64,000 bases of DNA from contig NC_058373.1 of assembly GCF_018350175.1 (NCBI RefSeq), forward strand, positions 110,548,001 through 110,612,000, given 5' to 3'. Below, in pieces: positions 22,512-33,926 of the stretch. Positions within the stretch are counted from its first letter, which is position 1. Each line of letters starts with the position of its first letter. The position numbers and the translations under genes were made by a program. Source of the stretch: Felis catus (Eukaryota). Below the pieces are notes generated by a model. The model was not told the origin of the DNA. It did no database searches and saw only the letters and a program-made list of their open reading frames with translations.

Positions 22512-25500
22512 CTTAATTTCCAAATCATGGGAGGAAAAGAAAAAAAGCTTAATGCTGAATTATTTTACATACTTGAGGCATTTCTCTTTCAGTAACAAAT
22601 GAGGGATTTATCATCTGTGGAATTTAAAGGTACAGTTCCAATCCAGAAGTGCTAAAGAATTACGTTTATAAAACCCTTTCTCCCCCAGAGATGGAGTCAC
22701 TTCTGGATCAGAGGAAGCCCATACAGATTGCAATGCACAGTGACATACAGGGAGGTGTGAAAATGACATGTGGAGATTGGGGTACTTGGGGGAAGGAAGC
22801 CGTATTAATTGAGCACTTATGGGATGACATAAACTCTTTACTGTTCTCTGATGTCACAAAGCCTGGTTTCCCTTTGATAGTTCGATCCTGTGTATAGGTT
22901 AACATCACATTCGATTTTCAAAGCTTCCCCCCCCCCAGTGCACTTTTATGTTTAAAATGGTGAAGAAGGTGAGCTATTTTTGTCAATGTGTGATTTATAG
23001 TTGTTACACTCATAGGCAGTAGTCTTACCTCAAAAAAATATTGCCTTTTCTTAGTTTCAGCAGAATGTGCATATTTGAATTAAACATGAGTGTTTTTCTA
23101 GTCCTGCTTAAATACTGTACACAAGCCATTCACAATTTACTTCAGACAGGCAAATAATTACCAAGTGCAAAGGTGTAGAAACAGGCAGGGCATCTTCGCT
23201 CTCCATCTTCTGCCTCCAGCAGACCTGTATAAATCCATTTCTGCATGGGGTCGTCTCCTGAAAAGCTTAAAAACAAAACCTGAAAAGCTAAGCAACAGCA
23301 ACAGCAGCAACAAAAAGTGAGATCATTGTTTTCCATCCAGGGGAAGGCAAACTGCCCGAGTAACAAATTATCACAGATAACATAGGATTCATCTTGCAGG
23401 ATTGCTTCTCCAGAGCCTGTATTCATCAACCTCTCCTCAAAGAGGGAACGTGAATTCAAAGCCTGCCTGGCAGTGAAAGTACTAGGAAATCATAATAACC
23501 TGGTGAAAATATTGTCCATTCTTGACCAAGAAGGAGCCAAGTACATAGTTGAATAGAAAAAGTAAAAAGTTACTGCTAAAGCACATTGTATTTTAAATGT
23601 CAGTATTCTCTCATTGTGCCTCTGTGTCGAGATACCAGTAACAAACATTTTACATGGATTTTGAAAAATAACTTTTTCATCAGTATTTCCAGTCCAGCTA
23701 ATCCCTTACAGAAAAAAAATGAACTTAATGTAACCATAAGGGCTTATTTGCATTTTATTCGGTTATTTAAATCATCGATCTCATTAATAATTACCATATT
23801 TTTTGAAAAAGTAATTACATTTCAATCTTTCCTTGTGTGAAATGGCCATAATACTACAATACACTTCCCTACCTCACAGGTAAAGGTTCAAACTGTAGAG
23901 TCCCCCACTGTCTAAGTGGCGGCATTACTCTGAAAGTGGATGAAGTATGAAGAGCTCTCCATTTGAGTTGTAAGGTATTTGTTAAAGAATATTTGTACAT
24001 TCTTGGGGAAAAGAGTGTACATTGGATGACTGTAAATGATCTAGGTGACTTCCAGCATTATTACATATAGAAAGTATGTGCTAATTTGTCCTATAGAACC
24101 TTCTTTGTTTCTTGCTGTGAGTACATCTTGAGACCTCTGGCAGAAAAACCTAATCTGACTTTGGAACTGAACCAAATAATGGATATTATTAGCAAGATTC
24201 TTTCCTGAGGTGCAAAATTATCCCCCCAGACTTTCCTACCTTCATGCCTATAACTTTGGGACCAGAAACCCACAAAAATCCTTCAATTTAGCAATGTGAG
24301 CGTGGATTTTCAAAACACATGACCCAAGAGATGAATTTCTTTTAGTGTACAATTTTTAAACATTTAAAAAAGACTGCTAAGTCGTTCTCCCTAAAACTCC
24401 TCTTTTTCATTCACTCTCTGTGGTGCTAATGGACTTGGATGGCTACCAGCAAATATCAGATCATATTTAAAAGTGAACAGTTGTTAAAAACCTGATCAAA
24501 GTTGGTGCATTTTAACTGTTTTGAAGAATCCTGTCTTCATTTACTGCCAGAATGGCTCAAGTCAATATACTTGCATTGTAAACTTTTTAGTAATCTCTCA
24601 TGAATGAGCACAGAGCACAGCACTTACCAGTGATTGAAAGTATTTTGGAAGGCTTAGGCATATTTATTTGGGAGTTTTAAAAACAGATACAAGATAAATA
24701 TGTGTAATTATTTTTGTTAAAATAGCACTTTCTCTAGTCCTAGGTTTCTACCTTTTTTTTTTTCCCCACTATGATTTGATATATATTTTTGGTTAGAATG
24801 TATTATAATTGATTGTTTCTCTGGTAAGATGTGTACTCCACTTGCATTCATCTTAATTGGCTTTTCCTTAATCTTTCCTACTGAGAATATCTGGGGAGTT
24901 AAATAAGTAGGATTCCAGTTTGAAAAAGGAATCCAGAAATTAATTGGTCTCCATCTAAATATACCTGCCACATGGCCAAATCCTATTAAAAGGAATTCTA
25001 AGGTGATCCAAACTGTATTGTTGTAGACACAAGCAGGAGTCACATAACTTGGAAGTCTCTTATAAAATATGTTTCATTTCAATAGTGTTTATTTTAAGCA
25101 ATTCGACCTTATATGCGAGACATTAAATGAATTTAAGTAGGTTCCTATTCAATTCATATCCATTTGACATGATTAAAATGATCATTTAAAAGGCAATTCA
25201 ATGACACTACATTAATTTTCACTTAAATGTGCTGTGGTATAAATGCTGCTTTTAATGAACACTTATTAATTAGTTGGGATTCAGTTTGTCTTTGAGTTTA
25301 GGATTTTCCAAGGTGGGTTGGTTTATTGGATGCTTGTTAATTTTTTCGGCACATTATCTTCCCCCTTCTAAGAGTCCAGTATTATTCACTTCGCTTTACA
25401 ACCCAGTGAATATGAAAACCCTCTTCTATTTTCTCTAGCACTATTCACTTAACATTTTCTCAAAGTACTTTATAGGGTATAAAAATAGTACTGGGTAATA

Positions 25501-26796
25501 TCTAAGTGAAGGTAGCAGAAAACAAAAGAACTTTCAAACAGGAATTATGTTCCCTGCCTCCTCCTCCACCTCGAAGAATAATAAGCATGTGGCACAAATG
25601 GAGTTCTTCAGAAAAGCTGTCTGCATAATTTTCTTTCAAGGCAATTTCAAGGCATTTGACAGCACGAAGTTTGTGATGATCTTAATTGGTCTACTATTTA
25701 GTGGAGTCTAAGAAACTCTGATTTGTTTCTGAGAGATTATCTTATTTCACGAGTATCTGTGAAAAGCCTTACTGCTAAAGGCCATTAGTCATGGGAGGGC
25801 ACCAGTCAAATCTGGCTTTTGCATGCAATCCAGAGTTAACTTCATAAATGTTTAACTTCAAGTTGCCTTATTTTTTATAGTTATGAGTTCATTTGTGGGG
25901 GTGGGGGGTTTCCAGCAGAATTTTTAAAATAATTGTTAGGCTTTAGAACCCCATTGTTTGGAAAGATCCTTTTAATCTCAACTTTATTCAGATATGTAAA
26001 GTCTTTCTAATTTCATCTGATACTCAATACATCAGGGGTTGACTTTTCTGCCTGCCATTTCTGAAAAAAAATTTTTTTTTAAGTCCTCATTTATGGTTTC
26101 AGGTTCTTTAGGTTCAAATTCCTATGATGTTTCATCCTGTAACATAAAGTTTCTTATTATGCAGAATTCAATCAATAGTACATTTTATGATACATTTTTG
26201 AAAAAAAGTTCTTGCAATCCTTATTTAGTTACAAAAATTAAACAGAAGGAAGCTCCATGAAATTTAGATGTCCTGATTAAATTCAGTTTGGTTCAACATG
26301 TGTTGGGTATAACATATGCCCAACACTGTTTGGTGAAGAAGACGGGCTCCCAGCCCTCCAAGAGCTCAAGCCAGGCAACAGCAACCACAGGAACTGGGGC
26401 AGGGATTAGGGCAAAGAGCCACAGGCAATGCAGCACCATGAGTGCCATAGAGGGGAGAATAAAGAGACACTGGCTAATTTGCCCAGTGTGGGGAGGCGGT
26501 CATCTAAATACAGGGACAGTTTGAAAGCATTCAGTTTCTAAATAGTTACACAGTTATATTCATTATGATTTGTGAACAGGTGCAGAAAAAAGCCTGCATA
26601 ATGTTACATATTTATAGTAGTTCTTTGTCTGTAAAAATGTTAAGTGGATGATCTATTATGAAAGTAAAAGTTCCATTTTGTATTTCTCATTAAAATTAGT
26701 ACTATAGGACTGTGGATCAGATGCTAATATTAAAGAAATACTCTGTAGAAAAAAGGTTTTAACCTGAATTAATATATGTACTGACTATTAATATAG

Positions 26797-26802
26797 AATA
26801 AA
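26797..26802 (+). terminator. AKAP5: Probable distal AKAP5 polyadenylation signal, defining a 3'UTR of about 4.3 kb
   Basis: AATAAA with upstream TGTA and a downstream U/GU-rich tract, at the end of a long AU-rich stretch with no recognisable repeats. Confidence 0.6.
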
Positions 26803-26993
26803 TGTTATATTGGCTCATGTTTATTTTATTTACCTAAATCTTTTAAGAGAAATGTGGTATATTATATTTATTTCCTAAAAGTATAAAGATCACACTGATG
26901 AAAACTATTGAGTTAACATTACCAAGAGTTCTACTTTGCTAGTTGGGTGTTGGACAGATTTTACAATGATCTGCCCAAAAGAGCTCACCTGCA

Positions 26994-27204
26994 GGGGCTC
27001 CTTGGTGGCTCACAGTTGGTTAAGCGGTTAAGCGTCTGACTCTTGGTTTCATATCAGGTCATGATCTCACAGTTCATGTGTTCGAGCCCTGTATCAGGCT
27101 CCGTGCTGATAGTGTGGAACCTGCTTGGGATTTTCTCTCTCTCTCTGACCCTTCCCTGCTCATGTGTTCTATAAATACAGAAACGATCAAACAAACTTAA
27201 AAAA
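26994..27204 (+). mobile_element. CAN-SINE
   Basis: Body with an internal ggttaagc duplication; degenerate TSD. Confidence 0.88.
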
Positions 27205-27631
27205 GATTCCACCTACAGCAAAGAGAAACACAAACACCTCAAACTTGAATTCAATATCAGCGAACTATCCATCTAAAGGGCATTTCTGACTTTGATGCCA
27301 TCTATAAATTTGGCAAAAAAGTCCACTTGTTTCCACCATCTCCTGCTATACTCATTAGTTGTTTTTCTACATTATATTAACCTAATAATTGTTAGTAATC
27401 TTTATGGTTTTCCAAATAATTAAGCAATCTTGATATGAAAATGCTTAAATTACGCAGATGTTGCTGCTAAAGCTGGGTGTTTCACAAGTTCTGTGTTTAC
27501 AGACACTGATTTTATTTCCCTAACATTGACAACCCTGTTTTTTCTTAAGCACAGCACAATGGTAATAATTGGACTTCTATTACAGATTGTCTTTTCTAAA
27601 TCTCGGGACCAGTTTAAAGTCGATTGTGTCT

Positions 27632-27732
27632 GGGGCACCTGGCTGGCTCAGTCAGTAGAGCATGTGACTCTTGATCTCAGGGCTGTGAGTTTGAGTCCCA
27701 CGTTGGGTGTAGAGGTTACTTAAAAAAGAAAA
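27632..27732 (+). mobile_element. Short CAN-SINE
   Basis: ggggcacctggctggctcagtcagtagagcatgtgactcttgatctc... Confidence 0.85.
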
Positions 27733-28027
27733 TAGAGTGGATAGCGTCCTAAAACCAAAATGTGTGCCGAAGTAAAATGTCTTACTAGTGAACAGACCCC
27801 GTATATAGGGTATTTCTGCAGGATTTAAAAATTCTTATTAAATCACAATTCTGTTGTAAAAGAAAGATACACCACCTTTTGCAAGACTTGTTTTCACAGG
27901 CAATCCTGTGAATCGTTTTTTAGACCCACCATTACTGCTGAAGTCTGGAGTGAGTTCCTACTTTCCCCCCCCTCCCCCGCCCCGAGAAGCTCGAGATCAT
28001 GAGGGGTTGAGTTTCTAAGAGTGAGTA

Positions 28028-28653
28028 CAGACAGTCCCCAACTTAGGTTGTTCAACTAATGATTTTTTTACTTCATTGGGACAGTGAGGGCCAAGGGCCT
28101 TTTTCTTTTTTTTTTAAGTAGGCTTCACACCCGACATGGAGCCCAACACGGGGCTTTGAACTCATGATCCTGCAATCAAGAGTTGGACGCTTGGCCAATT
28201 GAGCCACCCAGGTGCCCTGATTTTTTGAATTCATGATCGTGTGAAAGCATTCAGTAGAAACCATGCTTGGAAGTTTGCATTTCGATCTTTCCTAGACTAG
28301 ACTAGTGTGATACTCTGGCAGCAGCCACAATTCACATTCAACCATGTGATCATGAGGGTCAATAACTGATACACTCAAACCATTCTGTTCCCATACAACC
28401 ATTGTTTTTCACTCTCAGTACAGTATTCAATACATTACATGAAGTATTCAGTACTTTATTATAAAATAGGCTTTCTGTTAGATGATTTTTCCAAAGTAGG
28501 CTAATGTAAGAGTTCTGAGCTATGTTTAAGGTAGCCAGGCTAAGCTCTGCTGTTCAGTGGGTTAAGTGTATTAAATGCATTTTCAACTTACGATGTTTTC
28601 AATTTACAATGGGTTTATTAGGACGTAACCCCACCATAGATTGAGGAAGATTA
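28028..28653 (-). mobile_element. MER47A-like Tigger-family MITE, interrupted by a short SINE
   Basis: TA-flanked termini cagacagtcccc...gaggaagat and internal match to MER47A as recalled; a second fragment lies at about 29910-29960. Confidence 0.75.
28100..28217 (-). mobile_element. Short CAN-SINE inside the MER47A-like element
   Basis: 17-bp TSD (28060-28076 and 28218-28234, 2 mismatches). Confidence 0.85.
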
Positions 28654-28742
28654 TATGCGTTTGTACATGAGCACACTACACATCCTCAGAAAATCCTCAG
28701 CAAAGCTGGGCACAGGTGCCATGAATAATTAAAGACAACCTA

Positions 28743-28968
28743 GGGGCGCCTGGGTGGTGCAGTCGGTTAAGCGTCCGACTTCAGCCAGGTCACGATCTCG
28801 CGGTCCGTGAGTTCGAGCCCCGCGTCGGGCTCTGGGCTGATGGCTCGGAGCCTGGAGCCTGTTTCCGATTCTGTGTCTCCCTCTCTCTCTGCCCCTCCCC
28901 CGTTCATGCTCTGTCTCTCTCTGTCCCAAAAATAAATAAGCGTTGAAAAAAAATTTTTTTAATAAAAA
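28743..28968 (+). mobile_element. Young felid SINE (SINEC_Fc-type)
   Basis: Near-consensus body; perfect TSD AAAGACAACCTAGG (28731-28744 and 28969-28982). Confidence 0.95.
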
Positions 28969-29046
28969 AAAGACAACCTAGGTAAGTGGAGAATGGTGTG
29001 GTGGCTCCCAGCCTAGAAAAGTCCCACACTGAAACTCGTCTCTGTA

Positions 29047-29248
29047 GGGGCGCCTGGATGGCTCAGTCGGTTGAGCGGCCAGCTCTTGGTTGTGGCTCAG
29101 GTCATGATCTCAGGGTTGTGGGATCAACCCCTGTGTTGAGCTCCACACCGACAGTGCAGAACCTGCTTGGGATTCCCTCTCTCCCTCTCTGCCCTTCCCC
29201 CACTTATGCGCTCATGCACTCTCTCAAAATAAACTTAAAAAAAAAAAA
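29047..29248 (+). mobile_element. CAN-SINE
   Basis: Full body and A tail; TSD gtctctgta. Confidence 0.9.
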
Positions 29249-29539
29249 GTCTCTGTAAATTCCAGCTCATAACAGCAATGGTGGTGGTGTTCAGCAGTTT
29301 CTGCACATTAGCAAGACAAGATGCACTTTCCCTGTTGACTCATTTTGTGGCTAAACTCAGATAGGACTTTCAGCCTTGATTTTTTTATTGCAGTGCAATT
29401 ATGGGGCAAGGATTCAGCTTTTCACAGCTCTACTTGTGGCCGTGAAACCCAGACCTTCCACTTCTGCACTCGGGGAGATGGGGAACACAGGGTGACACGA
29501 AAAGCAGATGGCGTCATTTGTATACTTGTACTCGAATCC

Positions 29540-29545
29540 TTTATT
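29540..29545 (-). terminator. ZBTB25: Candidate distal ZBTB25 polyadenylation signal (about 8.8 kb 3'UTR)
   Basis: TTTATT on + strand, followed on the minus strand by GU-rich tgcttttcgtgtcaccctgtgtt; other candidate hexamers exist near 31209, 33959 and 36818. Confidence 0.35.
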
Positions 29546-31562
29546 CCCAAATCCCTCCTGTGACATCCATACCTTCAGGGCACAGGAAGTTCTAGTCAGT
29601 ATGCCTACAAGTGGGTCTCCGGGCCACATCTGTGATGATCAGTCAGTCACTACTGCAGCTACAGCCATGCACGCTCAGATCAATCAGCCTCATACACAAA
29701 TTACAATGCACAGCTTCCATGTGGAACAGCCATTTATGGCATAAAAACGTAGAATATTGACTATTTAAAGACATCATCCCAAACTGTAGTATTTCCATCC
29801 TCCTGATCAGAACTAGTTAGAACTTATCCTTGTACTCTGGGTAAGGCTGAGATGTACAGAATGCCAAAACAATAATAGGTCACCACGCAATTCCAGTGAA
29901 AAAAGTCACTAGGCTAAGCTAGGACGTTCGATGGGTTAGGTGTATTAAATGTATTTTATAATCTATCCAGATATGCCACAAACAGCCTTATCGGCAGTTT
30001 CACTGATTTGATAGTGAATTTGCTTAGAATTATCATTTTAGTTTTATGGGTTTCTTCTATACCCTGAATGTCTGGCTGATGTGTTTTTTTTTCTGATCTG
30101 TGGAGGTTTAATAGTGAATAATAATCATTATATACAGCAAAACCCACTCTGTGCACAGTTCTGCAGATTTTGACAAGCATATAGTTGTGTCACCTAGGGG
30201 GTCTTTTTTTCTTATTCTGATTTCATTATTTTTTTTTATACCACATGTGTGTTTTAGTTTAATTTCCTGACTGCATAAGTGGAAACTGCTACTTGCTGCA
30301 GAAACTCAAAATAAGGGCTTCTTAAACCCTGTGTTTAAACCAGGAAGGAAAAGCAAGGCTGTCATGCACAGCTGTGCAAACTGCACAGCTCAACTGCAGT
30401 CACGGCAGGGAGTGGCGCCCCCTAGCGTCTATTGTGCATGATCATGGCCATACGTGGTGGCTCTGAATATAGCCACCAGTTTGAGAGATCTGCAAAACTG
30501 TGATGGTGTTAACAGTGAAACAGGAGATGTTTAAAATAAAAAAGGAGGCTTCCATTTATATGCCTTTCCTCCCACATTTTAAAAGATTGTGATGGAAAGA
30601 GAAGACAAGAACCACTGAGCTCATAGCACCAGACTTTGCACATATGTGTAAGAAGGGCGATGTTGCAAAATGAGAACTAGTCCGGTTAAAAAAAAAAACA
30701 AAAAACAAAAAACTTGGGAGACTGCTGGATTCTCTGGTCTGCATTTTAAAACCTTTTCTCTTACCTTTTTAAATGTTATGTCCTTCTTCTAAAGAACCAC
30801 TATAGATTCTTTGGATGTTTCTCCCTACAAGGCACTTAGAACAACAAAAAAATTTCCTTAATTAGATATTTACCTACATATGGTTTGGACTAAGTACCAT
30901 ATGGCTCCCACTACAGAAAAATGTGGCAAAGCTAAACTCACAAGACCTCATTCTTCCAGGGCCTATTTGGTCCGCAGGAATCTAACATGGACCTTCCAGA
31001 AATTCAGACAGACCAAACAAGGAGTAACAGCTACAGCTGACAACGGCATCCTTCTTAGGCCCTCTTCCCACACAAGCCCCTCCCACAGTTCCCAGGAGAG
31101 CAAGGACCAGTTCAGGTGTGCAGACAACCCTCCCCAAGGTTCTGCTATTCCTTCAGATTTCTGGCATGAAAGGACACCATAGTTTTCTAACAGTTTAGAG
31201 GAAGATACTTTATTATTTTGATACAATATCACCAAGTTGTTTCAATGAAAAAAGTTTCAACACCCTCTAAACGATGAAAGATAGTTTATCTGAGAGGAGG
31301 GGGGTTCATTCTCCAAATTGGCTACTCAGCTGTAAAATGAATTTAAGAGCATTTAGTGATTAGATACAAAGTTCTAGGGTAATAATAACAACACTGCAAG
31401 CTGAAATGATGGAGGGAAAAAGAGGGCACACTGCATTCACTCAGCACTGGAAGGCAAAAAGAGTTGAAGGCAAAAGAACCCTATTAAAGAAGGTCTCAGT
31501 TTACTCAGAAAATGGAACTGGTTGGAAGGAAGGGAGGGAAGAAAGGTAATAAACACTCGCTT

Positions 31563-31665
31563 AGGGGTGCCTGGCTGGCTCTGTCGGAAGAGATGTGACT
31601 TGATCTGGTGGTCATGAGTTCCAGCCTCACGCTGGGTGTAGAGATTACTTAAACAAAACAAAAAA
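31563..31665 (+). mobile_element. Short CAN-SINE
   Basis: ggggtgcctggctggctc...gtgtagagattacttaaa. Confidence 0.8.
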
Positions 31666-31718
31666 CCCCACCAATTTAGAAAATCAGCTGTTGAACCATA
31701 GTTAAAAAGGAAATTCCA

Positions 31719-31940
31719 GGGGTGCCTGGGTGGTGGCTCAGGCGGTTGAGCGTCTAACTTTGGCTCAGGTCATGATCTCACAGTTCATGGGTTCCAGCCC
31801 CAGGTCAGGCTCTGTGCTGACAGCTCAGACCCTGGAGCCTGCTTCCGATTCTGTGTCTCCCTCTCTCTCTGCCCCTCTCCTGCTCACGCTCTGTCTCTCT
31901 CTCCCTCTGTCTCAAAAATAAATAAACATTAAAAAAAATA
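31719..31940 (+). mobile_element. CAN-SINE
   Basis: Full body; TSD aaaaggaaa(t/c)tccag. Confidence 0.92.
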
Positions 31941-32707
31941 AAAAGGAAACTCCAGAAAATTACAGGCCAATCTCACAGGATGTCAATGTAAGGAAACAGG
32001 AGGCAAGAAGCAAAGGAATATTTACTCATATGTCCCTGGATTTATCTCTTGACCAGGCAGGACACCAAAAACTGAGTCTGACGTCTGGTTAGAAAAGCAA
32101 ATGTTGATGGGGACTAAAATGCCAAGGACTTAATGTTAAAAACTTAGAAGAATCCTCAGATGAGCTCAATGTAACAGTCACAGTGTTATATTTAAAAAAT
32201 CCATCTGTTGCAAATATTTACACGTAAATTGGAAGCTTCTTGATTAAAGAGGGATGTCAAAATACAGAGGTACCCAACATATTATAGAATTCTAGGAAAA
32301 TTCTTATTAGTCATGACTAAATAAGACCCAGCAGTAGCTAAGTACTAGTGAATTAAACAGTGATGCCAGATTTGAGTGTCATATAAAATGGATTTCTAAA
32401 AGATACACGGGTGCCACCTTTTGGCCAGATTAAAAATTTACACAAATTATAACCCACGATCACATGTTAATTTCACAGAGACCGTGTTAGACATGGTTGT
32501 TTAATTCAAACATTATGTGAATAGATTTTAAACTGCCTTGTTGCTTAATACAGCTGATTTTTAATCACATTTTTTTTTTTATTTTTTAAGACCTGGGATA
32601 GAAGATAATACAAAGAGAGTTTAATTCTGAACTAACGCAACTCATACTTGGTAAGTATTCCTTTAGTTCTTGACAACCATCACAAAACTTACTTTAAGCT
32701 TTTAGAC

Positions 32708-33399
32708 CAGGATTAGTTGACTTCAGCACTGTTGATGTTTTGGGCTAGATAATTCTTTATTTGAGGTGGGGGTGGGGGCTGCCTCCTGCATTGTGAGATG
32801 TTTAGCAGCATCCTTGGCCTCTACCCACTAGATGCCAGTAGCAACTATCCCCTCCCCAGCCCAACCCAGTTGTGACAACCAAAAACATCTCTACATTGTG
32901 AAATGTCCCCAGGGAAAGGGGGATCACCCTGTGTATGGTTAACTGGCAGTGTCAACTGGCCACAGGTGCACAGATATTTGGGCAAACATTATTCTGAGTG
33001 TGTCTGTGAAGGTGTCTTTGGATGAAATAAACATTTGAATCCGTAGACTGAGTAAAGCAGACTGCGCTCCCTAAAGTGAGTGGCCCTCATCCAGCTGAAG
33101 ACTGAATAGAACAAAAACGCTGACCCTTTGAGAGTAAAGGCAACTTCTCCTGCCTATTAATCTGGCACATTGGTCTTTTTCTGCCTTTGTGGATCTCAAG
33201 CCTGCTGGCTTTTGGACTGGAATGATACCATCGGCTTTCCTGGGTCTCTAGCTCGCCAACTGTAGACCTTGGAACATTTCAGCCTCCATATTTGTGAGTC
33301 TATTCTTTATAATCAATCAACCTCTCTCTCTCTGTACTACACGCTATTGGTTGTTTCTCTGGAGAACCCTGAGTAATACATGCTGGTTGAGAACCACTG
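32708..33399 (-). mobile_element. MER20 interrupted near one end by an MLT2 solo LTR
   Basis: MER20 sequence at 32708-32930 resumes at 33381-33399 (ggttgagaaccactg). Confidence 0.8.
32931..33380 (+). mobile_element. MLT2-type (ERVL) solo LTR
   Basis: tg...atggttaa...gtgtcaact start, gtagactgagtaaagcaga core, and ctggagaaccctgagtaataca end. Confidence 0.82.
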
Positions 33400-33719
33400 T
33401 TGTACATTAGGTTACTAGAGAAAATACAGGAAACAGGGAAGAAAGAAAGAAGCAAAGCAGGGAACTACTGGGCAATGGCTAGACGTTACCTTTCTTTCCA
33501 GAGATGGCAGTTGGAAAGCATTTGATTGGGACACCAATCTTCTATTAACACAGGTTATGGTTGATAAGACCTGGGCTCACTGATGCATTTTTGCATTACA
33601 CATCCAAGATGGTCCCTGGCACAGAGACTTACTTACCCCAGTGCTAGGATGACAACACTTGGCAGACACTGCTGTAAAATAAGAACAGTCTATAAGCCGC
33701 ACTTAAAAAAGGTTTTGTT

Positions 33720-33926
33720 GGGGCGCCTGGGTGGCGCAGTCGGTTAAGCGTCCGACTTCAGCCAGGTCACGATCTCGCGGTCCGTGAGTTTGAGCCCCGC
33801 GTCGGGCTCTGGGCTGATGGCTCGGAGCCTGGAGCCTGTTTCCGATTCTGTGTCTCCCTCTCTCTCTGCCCCTCCCCTGTTCATGCTCTGTCTCTGTCCC
33901 CAAAAAAAAAAAAATAAAATAAAAAT
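33720..33926 (+). mobile_element. Young felid SINE (SINEC_Fc-type)
   Basis: Near-consensus body; TSD AAAAGGTTTTGTT (33707-33719 and 33927-33939). Confidence 0.95.

Noticed and set aside
25467..25474. ACTTTATA 8-mer seed match (miR-142-5p type) in the AKAP5 UTR
   Set aside because: An AT-rich 8-mer is expected by chance in a 4-kb AU-rich UTR without conservation data
28743..28830. tRNA-like A and B boxes
   Set aside because: These are SINE heads, not tRNA genes
28729..28929. Recurrent peptides such as [17 protein letters not shown] and SSSPASGSVLTA in several ORFs
   Set aside because: Translations of CAN-SINE copies, not a gene family
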